Source: Octopus vulgaris (lineage: Eukaryota). From it: a stretch of DNA of 64,000 bases. Position 1 is the stretch's first letter, and each line of letters begins with the position of its first letter. Of this stretch, positions 13,127 through 25,018 are shown piece by piece. The stretch spans positions 66,650,001-66,714,000 of the forward strand of contig OX597828.1 of assembly GCA_951406725.2 (NCBI GenBank), read 5' to 3'. The position numbers and the translations under genes are program-made. Below the pieces are notes generated by a model. It was not told the DNA's origin. It did not search any database and saw nothing but the letters and a program-made list of their open reading frames with translations.

Positions 13127-13385
13127 ACTTGACTTGAGACAGCATTCACCCGGGGTGGGTTGAGCTGGCTTCATTCATCCTCAATGCTGCATCTCTCACA
13201 AACGCCGACCACACCTGGCGATTTGAGGTTAACGACCATGTGATCTCCAACCACTCCTTATTCCAGCGGCGAATGCTGTACATATGGGGGGCCTAGGTTG
13301 GGTTCCAGACCAGCCTTGGCTGTCATCAGCCAGGTTTTTCATTGTCCACCACTTCTGTCAGATTGTCCATGGGTTGCCAAAGAGC
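13127..13385 (-). mobile_element. 3' end of a second LINE family (RTE-like, CAAGT tail) nested in a first-family 3' end (about 13065-13670)
   Basis: Minus translation ...NRQVWSAFVRDAALRMNEASSTHPG* then TCTCAAGTCAAGTC. Confidence 0.6.
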
Positions 13386-13682
13386 TGTTCAGGCTTCACT
13401 GGTCTGTTTTGGGATGGTTTCTATGGTTGGATGCTCCTCTTAACGTCAGCCACTTTACAGAGGGTGCTTGGGTATATTTTGTGCTACTGGCACAGGTGCA
13501 TTTAAGTGGCACCAGCAACGAGTGAATTTTACCTGACACTGGCACGAGAACATACTACGTGGCACTGGCACAAGTGCATTTTAGGTGGCTAGGAAAGGGG
13601 GTGGGGCATGGCCATAAACGACATGCCTGTATGTGTGGGTGGCCACGATCTTGCATAGCTTGATATGCCTTCTCAGTGCTTG

Positions 13683-13882
13683 ACTGCCAGTGCTCGACTG
13701 GTATTTATTTTATCAACTCCAAAAGAATGAAAAGCAAAGACAACCTCAGTGGAATTTGAACTCAGAATGTGAAGATAGGTAAAATGCCATTAAAGGCATT
13801 TTGCCTTGCCGCTAAAGGCATTTAACCTTGCCACTAAAGGCATTTTGCCTGGTGTACTAACGATTCTGCAAGGTCACTGCCT
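13683..13882 (-). mobile_element. SINE family B, decayed
   Basis: GGAATTTGAACTCAGAA and core remnants. Confidence 0.7.
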
Positions 13883-14998
13883 TAAGAACCTGTAATTATA
13901 TTGAAGTTAATTCAGTCAACATATTTTGCCAAACATTTCAAAACTTGCTTTTTTTTTTTTGTACCAAATCAAAACAAAATAATATTAACCAAATAACAAA
14001 GATGTGCTTTTCATGAACAGTGACAGGACAACAATCAATGTGAATATCCAACCTAATTCATTAAATAACTGAAATAAGTGACCTAATATCAAACAAAAGA
14101 ACAACTTGACATATGTTGTCTTCATTTTCTTTACTCTATTATGGTCTCCGTTGTGCCCTCTCTATGACATTCTGTTTCTCAAGTAACTGATTTGGTTTCT
14201 ATGCAAACCATTTGTTCAGTATTTTGGCATGTTAAAGTTAGAGCAGTTTTATATGCAAATAACTTGGTAACATTAAATTTCAGCATAAAAAAAAAAAAAA
14301 CTGTTTTGCTTCATAATCGAAGTTTCTGAAATAGCACAAGTACTCAAGTAATCAAAAAAAAAATTAATCTTGAGGTGGTTTGATATGTTAGAGCGTTAGG
14401 GAGGAGAAATGATGGTAGTGGTTCAAAATATTCCTCAATTAACTACAAGAAGTGTTCCACTTTGTCAAGGACAAATATTGATTTGACCAAATATATTTTG
14501 AGGCCTTTTATCAGTCTTTGAAGAATAAAAAACAAAAATCAACTTATAATGGATTTGAACTCTGTATACAGAATAAGGAAACCAAATAATGATGATAACT
14601 TGCACTTGTGATGGGTACAATGACCGACAGATGCTCCACATCTTCTGTCCCTTTAGTCATAATTGTGTTTGGATAGACATGGTCAATTGAATGCAGTTTA
14701 TCACATAATATCTGGTTCTCATTTTATGGACACAGAATGCATGAAAAGTAAACCTGCTACCAGCAGAGGCCATATTTGTCGTAGTATCTGTTACCGTAGG
14801 AAACAGCTTTTACTACTTTACTAACTTAAAGAAACTAAATAAATCATCATCATCATCATTTAACACTAACTTTCCATGATGGCATGGGCAGAACAGCTTG
14901 ACAGGTAAATAACAAGCTGCAGGGCTGCGTCAAGCTCCAATGTCATCTTTGGCATGGTTTCTGCAGCTGAATATCTTCCAAACACCAAATAATAAGAA

Positions 14999-15342
14999 CT
15001 AGCATTATAACCCAGCAACACCGGGTCATAGTGCTAGTGCATGCACACATACATGCGAGTACTGTCCAAATCTCCGACCAATCACATACAGCTAGCTGGC
15101 ATTCAATTGGCGTATCAAGTTTTGGGCATTTTGATTGTGTTTTGGATAGAAAATTCACAAAAAAGTCACTTCTATTGATTTTTTAATGGCTTTGCGGGGT
15201 GACTGGGGAAATGTAAAGATATGCACAACCACCCTTGGACGGTTTTGAATGACCATAGAAAGTGCAAGCCCTCTAACTAAAAAATTGTGGATTTGTATAA
15301 AGGACACACACACAGACATTTTGCCGTTTATATATACAGAGA
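14999..15342 (-). mobile_element. non-autonomous Helitron
   Basis: Minus 5' A|TCTCTGTATATATAAA; 3' GC-rich hairpin then CTAG|T. Confidence 0.65.
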
Positions 15343-15505
15343 TTTAAGAAAAAAAGAAAAAAAAGAATCTAAGAAAAATTTTTAATTTCTAAAATTGAAA
15401 CGACAGTAAAGCATTTATTTGTGTTTTTGCCTTTGCATCGTCAACTGAACTAACAAGTAAAATTCAAACAGCAAAATTGATTTAATATGTCTTAAAATGT
15501 TTTAC

Positions 15506-15885
15506 AGGCATGGCTGTGTGGTAAGAAGCTTGCTTCCTAACTACATGGTTCCAGGTTCAGTCCCACTGTGTGACACCTTCAGCAAGTGTCTCCTACTATA
15601 GCCTCAGGCCAACCAAAACCTTGCGAGTGGATTTGGTAAACAGAAACTGAAAGAAACCCGATGTACATATGTGTGTGCTTTTGTGTCTGTTTAACCTTCC
15701 ATCACTGCTTGACAACCAGTGTTGGTGTGTTTACGTCCCTGTAACTTAATGGTGCAGCAAAAGAGACAAATAGAATAAGTACTAAAATTTTTTTAAATAA
15801 GTCCTGGGATCAATTTGTTCGACTAAAAGCTTCAAAGGCAGTGCTCCAGGATGGCCACAGTCAAATGACAGAAACAAATAAAAGA
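15506..15885 (+). mobile_element. SINE family A
   Basis: Full head-to-tail match, CpG-decayed. Confidence 0.85.
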
Positions 15886-17122
15886 ATATGACTAAAAGAG
15901 TTGAGGTGGCCTAAAGAGGTGACTGTTCATAGTAAATGTACCAAAGACAACTTACCCATGTGTGGAATTCATTAAAAGAACACACAACTACTGAATCACT
16001 GGGTGAGACATCAATGAAAGCAAATAGTGTGGTTTCAATATCAAGTGAGAAAAAAAATATAACATTGCTATTTATGCAAAAAATAAAAAAGAAATCTACT
16101 GACTCAAGCACCCCAACCCCTTTCCCCCCGGAACTATTTCATATCAAAAGAATTACAATACATGAATAATTCCAGTCCATAATTTTCAGACATGTATCAA
16201 ATCAGCAAAAAACTTAAATATGGTTGTTCCTATGTTTAACTGTGAAGTTGATGCTGCTAACTGAAATCATATATATATATGTGTGTGTGTGTAATCATTT
16301 ATAGACACACACAAGGAAATGGCCAAGTGGACTACACAGCAAAGTGAAAGATGCCAAGTTGACCCTGTGTAGTAAGAAGCTTGTTTCCCAACCACATAGT
16401 TCTGGGTTCAGCCCCCCACCCCCCACTGCGTGGTACCTTGAGTGTCTTCTACTATACCCAAGGGCCAACCAAAGCCTTGTGAGTGAGTTTGGTAAAAGAA
16501 AACTTAAAGAAGCTATAAGTGACCAAGACTTCCAGGTAACCCTTGTGTTGCCAACCCTAACCCGTTTCCCAATAAGTTAATATTTCAAGGAAGGTTGGAA
16601 ATGAAACAAACTGCTTGCATGGTGGAGACTATCACATGATGTCAAGACAAGGAGACATTAAAAACAGTAACACACATACACATATATATGATAGGTTTCT
16701 ATCAAATCAACTGACAAGGCTTTGGTCAGCCCGAGGCTATAGCAGAAGACACTTGCCCAAGGTGCCACACTGGGTCTGAAGCAATTGGTCGAGAAGCAAA
16801 CTTCTTACCACACATCCACACATATGATAAAGAACATGAAAATCAATATTTCAAATTCTTTCTAAGAGCCCCACATTCACAGAAGAGAGGAAGAAAATAA
16901 TGGACTGAAGAAAATCAAATCAGATTTACTGCGTAGTACACAAGGTCCTATAAACTAAATGCTGATAATGCCTTTATTACAACTTGTACAGACAGTGAAG
17001 AAATGAAACTTATTTATTCTATATATCCAGATCTATATTTTTAAAGGGTTTTTTTTTTTGTTTGTATTACACTCTGAATTAAAAAAGGAGCCAAACTTTT
17101 TATTTTTGGAAATTATTTTTAA

Positions 17123-17385
17123 ATCATCATCATCCATTTAACGTCCGTTTCCCATGCTAGCATGGGTTGGACGGCTTGACCGGGGTATGGGAAGCCAGGA
17201 GGCTGCACCAGGCTCCAGTCTGATCTGGCAGTGTTTCTACAGCTCAATGCCCTTCCTAACACCAACCACTCTGTGAGTGTAGTGGGTGCTTTTTACGTGC
17301 CACCGGCACAGGTACCAGGCGAGGCTGGCAACGGCCACGATTGGTTGGTGCTTTTTAAGTGCCACTGGCATGGAAGCCAGTCAAT
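17123..17385 (-). mobile_element. RTE LINE 3' end
   Basis: 3' UTR signature. Confidence 0.85.
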
Positions 17386-17456
17386 GGGAAAATATATTTG
17401 GGGGTCAGTGAGGTGCACAGCTACTGCTAAATCATATTTACTTATATAATAGTGAA

Positions 17457-17780
17457 GGCACCACGGCTCAGTGGTTAGAGTGTCAAGCTCACAATCATGA
17501 AGTAGTGAGTTTGATTCCTGGTCCCGGCTGTGTTGTGTTCTTGAGCAAGACACTTATTTCACATTGCTCCAGTTCACTCAGCTGTAGAAATGAGTTGCAA
17601 TGTCACTGGTGCCAAGCTGTATCAGGCCCCTTTGCCTTAACATTAGTGGCATGGAGAGGGGAGGCTGATATGCATGGGCGACTGCTGGTCTCCCATAAAC
17701 AACCTTGCCCAGACTTGTGCCTCAAGGGGAACTTTCTAGGTGCAATCCCATGGTCATTCATGACCAAAGGGGGTCTTTCT
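17457..17780 (+). mobile_element. tRNA-derived SINE family C
   Basis: GGCTCAGTGGTTAGAG A box, GTTTGATTCC B box, TGTGTTCTTGAGCAAGACAC core; related fragment at about 32072-32255. Confidence 0.7.
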
Positions 17781-18591
17781 TCCTCATCTACTATAATAAT
17801 ACTTGTATTTTCTCCATCATAACATATGAATGAGAAAGAAAGGTGTGATAGATGAATAACAAAGGGGTGATGGCAAACTGGTAATGGGAGTGTTTCAACT
17901 CTGTGTGAGTATATGTGTGTATGTGTGTGAATGTACAAGGGGAAGTATGTGAATGTATGTGTGAACCAGCATTCTTTCAGTAACAAATGATGATCAACAT
18001 CAAATCTCAAAAGACAGCCACTAGATAACATTGACAAGTGTATTAATTTGATTTACCATTAATATTTATATATAAAATACTACAATTAGCTGTTATTTTT
18101 GACTGCACGGGGCCAACTAGTTTTATATAATAGGATAAAAAAACTCAGCAACAAACAGCTGTTATCACTGCACAGAAATAATCATCGTGATTTGTGAGTA
18201 AAGCCTGTTCATTCCATCTTCCTGTTTTATTGATATTTATATGTATTCTATATACACAAATGGATTTCCAAATGTATATCTAGTAAATGGAGTAATACAG
18301 CTGTATGATGGCATATGGTAGCCAATACTTGTATAGGAGCTTTGAAATGCATGTTATGAGGTTGTTACCCAGATGATATTAAATATATATATTGTTATAT
18401 TTGGGGACGGTCATGTTGGCACACACACTATTTATTCAACAAATAAATTAATAATGATAATAATAACAATAATAATAATTGGAAGATCAAATGAACAGTG
18501 CATGTGATTATTGGCAACATGACCATTCCCAAATAACATTATTTGTTTCAACAATTTCACATCAAGGATCTTACAAAACAAGTACATAAAC

Positions 18592-18634
<43 letters not shown>

Positions 18635-18837
18635 TCAGAGAACTGCGATAATTTTCTGGAATAGTGATCGAATTATGTTATACTTTTTTTTAATGCATTT
18701 AGGGAAGGCCATTTACTTAGCTGATATAGTTTTTGTAAGGTAGTGGACATCTGTAAAAAATATGTATTTTGTCTCAAAATCAAAAATGCAGTAAAAAACT
18801 CCTCATTGTACCCCTCCCCATATACATATATATAATT

Positions 18838-18949
18838 TAATATTTCTATTAATATATATATATATATAAATAGAAATATTATATATATATAAATAAATAG
18901 AAATATTATATATATAAATAAATAGAAATATTATATATATAAATAAATA

Positions 18950-18994
<45 letters not shown>

Positions 18995-19873
18995 TAGAAA
19001 TATTATATATATATATAAATAAATAGAAATATTATATATATATATAAATAAATAGAAATATTATATATATATATATAAATAAATAAATATATAGAAATAT
19101 TATATATATATAAATAAATAGAAATATTATATATATATAAATAAATAGAAATATTATATATATATAAATAAATAGAAATATATATATATATATAAATAAA
19201 TAGAAATATTATATATATATAAATAAATAGAAATATTATATATATATATATAAATAAATAGAAATATTATATATATATATATATATAATAAATAGAAATA
19301 TTATATATATATATATAAATAAATAGAAATATTATATATATATATATAAATAAATAGAAATATTATATATATATATATAAATAAATAGAAATATTATATA
19401 TATATATATATAAATAAATAGAAATATTATATATATATATATATATATAATATAAATAGAAATATTATATATATATATATAAATAAATAAATAGAAATAT
19501 TATATATATATATATAAATAAATAGAAATATTATATATATATATATAAATAAATAGAAATATTATATATATATATATAAATAAATAGAAATATTATATAT
19601 ATATATATAAATAAATAGAAATATTATATATATATATATAAATAAATAGAAATATTATATATATATATATAAATAAATAAATAGAAATATTATATATATA
19701 TATATATAAATAAATAAATAGAAATATTATATATATATATATAAATAAATAGAAATATTATATATATATATAAATAAATAGAAATATTATATATATATAT
19801 ATAAATAAATAGAAATATTATATATATATATATAAATAAATAGAAATATTATATATATATATATAAATAAATA

Positions 19874-19911
<38 letters not shown>

Positions 19912-20618
19912 GAAATATTATATATATATATATATAAATAAATAGAAATATTATATATTATATTATATTATATAGAGGAGTGGCTGTGTGTAATATTGTT
20001 TACCAACCACATATTCCCACTATATACCTTGGGCAAGTGTCTTCTACTATAGCCTCGGGCGAAATATGTGAGTGGATTATGGATATATAAACTAAAAGCC
20101 CGTCGTATATATGTATATATATATATATAATAAGCATTGACAACTATGCTATATATATATATCCCCGTTACTTATTCGGCAAATAGACGATAGAATATAT
20201 TATATATATATATAAATAAATAGTGTCGAGTTGCTCGATTAAAGGTGGTGCTCAGCATAAATAGTCAATATGATAAACAAGTAAAAGAGTAAATAGAAAT
20301 ATTATATATATATATATAAATAAATAGAAATATTATATATATATATATAATAAATAAAAAATATTATATATATATATATAAATAAATAGAAATATTATAT
20401 ATATATATATAAATAAATAGAAATATTATATATATATATATAAATAAATAGAAATATTATATATATATATATATATAATAGAGATATTATATATATATAT
20501 AAATAGAAATATTATATATATATATATATATATAATAAATAAATAGAAATATTATATATATATATATATATATAAATAAATAGAAATATTATATATATAT
20601 ATATATATAAAATAAATA

Positions 20619-20675
<57 letters not shown>

Positions 20676-20700
20676 TAAATAAATGCCGGATTATATATAT
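18838..20700. repeat. compound satellite, unit AAATAAATAGAAATATT(AT)n
   Basis: Dozens of units with variable (AT)n spacer. Confidence 0.95.
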
Positions 20701-21170
20701 ATGCATATATAAATAAGAAATACTTCATATATATATATCATATATAGCCTCTGTATTCATATATATGGGGATATATACTTTCAATAAATTCAAACCACTC
20801 TTAACAGCTAAAGCAAGGGCTCTCGGCCCTCCTTATAAATTTTTCAGTCTGCATTGCAGAACTACTTCAAATATTTCATAAAGCCTCTGTATTCATAAAT
20901 GGGGAAAACTTTCAATTTTCCACTCTTAACAGCTAAATCTCTAGGCCACAAGCCAGACACTTCCTATGAAACAGAATACTTTTGTCCTTTGACACCTAAC
21001 AGGACCACTTCCGCCCAACGAACCAACAAAGAAGCCGTCATGTGGACACAAGGCATACTAGAAACAACAGCCAAATTTCATTCAAATCCGCAGCCCAACA
21101 TCCTTGCAAAATACGATTTAGATAATGAAGTCCTAGGTTCCCCGCACATAAGAAAATAAGAAAAATCAAG

Positions 21171-21338
21171 GGATCTTTTCGCTTTGACCGGCAGATTTTT
21201 AAAATAATTTCCATGTAACTAAAAAATATTAAACTTCGTATACTGGTAGAATGTGTTTATAAAACATCTTTTTCTCTTGGCTTTCTTGAGAAAATTCTGT
21301 AGTTTGTAAGATATTCTCTTCAATTTCGGCAAAGATCC
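21171..21338. mobile_element. GGATC-family MITE, internally deleted
   Basis: GGATCTTTTCG...AAAGATCC; TSD AAATCAAG/AAAGCAAG. Confidence 0.7.
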
Positions 21339-22151
21339 AAAGCAAGAATGGTCACGGCTGATGAGCTTTCGATCATACGGGTTTGCTCGTCGAAGGCTGA
21401 GCTAAACCACTACCACCCTGCCAAATGTTAAGTGGTAAAAGTTTATGCAGCATGAAAGCAAATTAGAATGAAAGGCCACCAAGTGAACAGTTGAAAGCAG
21501 CTTTGAAAGCCAGCAGGGAACTGAAAAGCAACAAGTAGTTGTCAGGTTACCCTGGACGAAAGGAGGAGGAGGAGATAGGCCATAAGAGATGCTAAGTACC
21601 TTGGACAAACTGTAGGAATGCTAGAAAAGGGATGGGAGGTTAACGGAGGTAATGGAAGAGAATAAAAATAGTGAAATTTCTCAATCACCAAGTGAGAGAG
21701 AAAGAATAGTAAACAGAAGGGATGATTTTTAAGCAGGAAGTTCTAAAAATAAATTATGAGAAGAAAAAGCATGGAGTTAAAAGAGTGTAAACCTTATAGA
21801 TACTGTCAAGTCGTTGAAGATAAAATCCAAACGAGAAGGGAGATGTGAAATTATTATTAGAGATAGTTCATCTATAAGAAACTATAATGATTAAAAGATG
21901 AACATATTTATCACAATAGATTCTTTGCTCAGTTACTGCCTTATCTTTCTCTCACTTCACAGTCTGGATAATATATATACAAATGAGTTTGATTAAAGAA
22001 AGCCACCATGGGTCTAACGAAATAAAGAAGAAAAAAATATGCTTTACCACATGGGTTTATGGGGGGAAATCCATTCAGTATTAAATACTAACGAAAGAAG
22101 ATACAAACTAATGTTGATGATAGTGATTTACTAATTCAATAGGGATATTTA

Positions 22152-22257
22152 GGATCTTAGATGTTTTATAAACACATTCTACCAATATACAAAGTTTTAA
22201 AGTGTTAAGTTACAAAGAAATTATTTTAAAAATCTGCCGGTCAAAGCGAAAAGATCC
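22152..22257. mobile_element. GGATC-family mini-MITE
   Basis: GGATCTT...CGAAAAGATCC; perfect 8-bp TSD GATATTTA. Confidence 0.8.
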
Positions 22258-22283
22258 GATATTTATTATTTAGCATGAAAATG

Positions 22284-23224
22284 GAAAATATAATGAACAA
22301 GCTGTTGTAAGATAAATGACAGCTAATCAATAAATATTAAGACAATGGCAATAATATGCTCTATGTCGTGCAACCAAATCAAGAATTGGCAACAGGTGGA
22401 CTGCTGTTCCCTGTGAGCCTCGAGACCTCTTTCTAAAAGAAGTATTTGTGGGTCCATTGGCTTTTAGACAGTCTGTTTAATTTTTGCCCACACAAGCAAT
22501 ACCAGTGATGGAAATGGTGTACACAAAGATAAGGCGGCGAGCTGGCAGAATCGTTACCACGCCGGGCGAAATGCGTAGCCATATTTCGTCTGTCGTTACG
22601 TTCTGAGTTCAAATTCCGCCGAGGTCGACTTTGCCTTTCATCCTTTCGGGGTCGATAAATTAAGGACCAGTTACGCACTGGGGTCGATATAATCGATTTA
22701 ATCTGTTTGTCTTGTCCTTGTTTGTGCCCTCTGTGTTTAGCTCCTTGTGGGTAGTAAAGAAATAGGTATACACAAAGATGTTTTTATACGTAAGATATAC
22801 AACATTCCCATGCAAATGTGAAAAATCATAAAAGAAGTTGTTGATCTCTAAACATAATACATGACAATATGGTGACAGATTTAATCTGTCACCTGGTTAA
22901 ACAATGCCAACTGACCTAGTCTTTTGGTGTCTTTTAGCGGAGTCCATCCTACTACAAGCATTCGGCCTAAAATTGAACCTTTCTCTTCCCCGCGAAACAA
23001 GCTAATTATATATATGCTCTTTACTCTTTTACTTGTTTCAGTCATTTGACTGCGGCCATGCTGGAGCACCGCCTTTAGTCGAGGAAATCGACCCCCCAGG
23101 ACTTATTTTTTGTAAGCCTAGTACTTATTCTATCGGTCTCTTTTGCCGAACCGCTAAGTTACGGGGACGTAAACACACCAGTATCGGTTGACAAGCGATG
23201 TTGGGGGGACAAACACAGACACAC

Positions 23225-23256
<32 letters not shown>

Positions 23257-25018
23257 GACGGGCTTCTTTCAATTTCCGTCTACCAAATCCATTCACAAGG
23301 CTTTGGTCGGCCCGAGGCTATAGTAGAAGACACTTGCCCAAGTTGCACAACTCAGATAAAAAAAAAATTTTAACTAATATGCCTGAAACGTTTGGTGTTT
23401 GCCTTTTTATGTCAATTGCTCAAAATGAACAGAGACATACAAAATGGCAACGCTTGATGCAGTTATTGTCACAGCCCGATATTATCCAGCCAAGAGGAAT
23501 AAAGAGCAAAGCCTACATGAACAAGATTTGAATGCAAACTGTTCAAATGGAGTAGTAAAAATATGTCAACGGCATTTGAACCGAGAATAAAACCAGAGTT
23601 TTTCCATAAAATGTTGAAGGTGCTCTGGCATGGTCGCAGTCAAATGACTGAAAATATAATGAACAAGCTGTTGTAAGATAAATGACAGCTAATCAATAAA
23701 TATTAAGACAATGGCAATAATATGCTCTATGTCGTGCAACCAAATCAAGAATTGGCAACAGGTGGACTGCTGTTCCCTGTGAGCCTCAGACCTCTTTCTA
23801 AAAGAAGTATTTGTGGGTCCATTGGCTTTTAGACAGTCTGTTTAATTTTTGCCCACACAAGCAATACCAGTGATGGAAATGGTGTACACAAAGATAAGGC
23901 GGCGAGCTGGCAGAATCGTTACCACACCGGGCGAAATGCGTAGCCATATTTCGTCTGTCGTTACGTTCTGAGTTCAAATTCCGCCGAGGTCGACTTTGCC
24001 TTTCATCCTTTCGGGGTCGATAAATTAAGGACCAGTTACGCACTGGGGTCGATATAATCGATTTAATCTGTTTGTCTTGTCCTTGTTTGTGCCCTCTGTG
24101 TTTAGCTCCTTGTGGGTAGTAAAGAAATAGGTATACACAAAGATGTTTTTATACGTAAGATATACAACATTCCCATGCAAATGTGAAAAATCATAAAAGA
24201 AGTTGTTGATCTCTAAACATAATACATGACAATATGGTGACAGATTTAATCTGTCACCTGGTTAAACAATGCCAACTGACCTAGTCTTTTGGTGTCTTTT
24301 AGCGGAGTCCATCCTACTACAAGCATTCGGCCTAAAATTGAACCTTTCTCTTCCCCGCGAAACAAGCTAATTATATATATGCTCTTTACTCTTTTACTTG
24401 TTTCAGTCATTTGACTGCGGCCATGCTGGAGCACCGCCTTTAGTCGAGGAAATCGACCCCCCAGGACTTATTTTTTGTAAGCCTAGTACTTATTCTATCG
24501 GTCTCTTTTGCCGAACCGCTAAGTTACGGGGACGTAAACACACCAGTATCGGTTGACAAGCGATGTTGGGGGGACAAACACAGACACACACATATATACA
24601 TATATATATATATATATATACGACGGGCTTCTTTCAATTTCCGTCTACCAAATCCATTCACAAGGCTTTGGTCGGCCCGAGGCTATAGTAGAAGACACTT
24701 GCCCAAGTTGCACAACTCAGATAAAAAAAAAATTTTAACTAATATGCCTGAAACGTTTGGTGTTTGCCTTTTTATGTCAATTGCTCAAAATGAACAGAGA
24801 CATACAAAATGGCAACGCTTGATGCAGTTATTGTCACAGCCCGATATTATCCAGCCAAGAGGAATAAAGAGCAAAGCCTACATGAACAAGATTTGAATGC
24901 AAACTGTTCAAATGGAGTAGTAAAAATATGTCAACGGCATTTGAACCGAGAATAAAACCAGAGTTTTTCCATAAAATGTTGAAGGTGCTCTGGCATGGTC
25001 GCAGTCAAATGACTGAAA
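22284..25018 (+). repeat. tandem duplication of a ~1365-bp unit (each has one SINE-B and one SINE-A)
   Basis: ORF track repeats at +1365; three differences seen; GAAA microhomology at 23650-23653. Confidence 0.95.

Noticed and set aside
18838-20700. CRISPR-like repeat-spacer array
   Set aside because: Spacers are only (AT)n; eukaryotic satellite with no cas genes
21171-22257. Single 1.09-kb TIR element
   Set aside because: Each end has its own TSD, so two separate mini-MITEs
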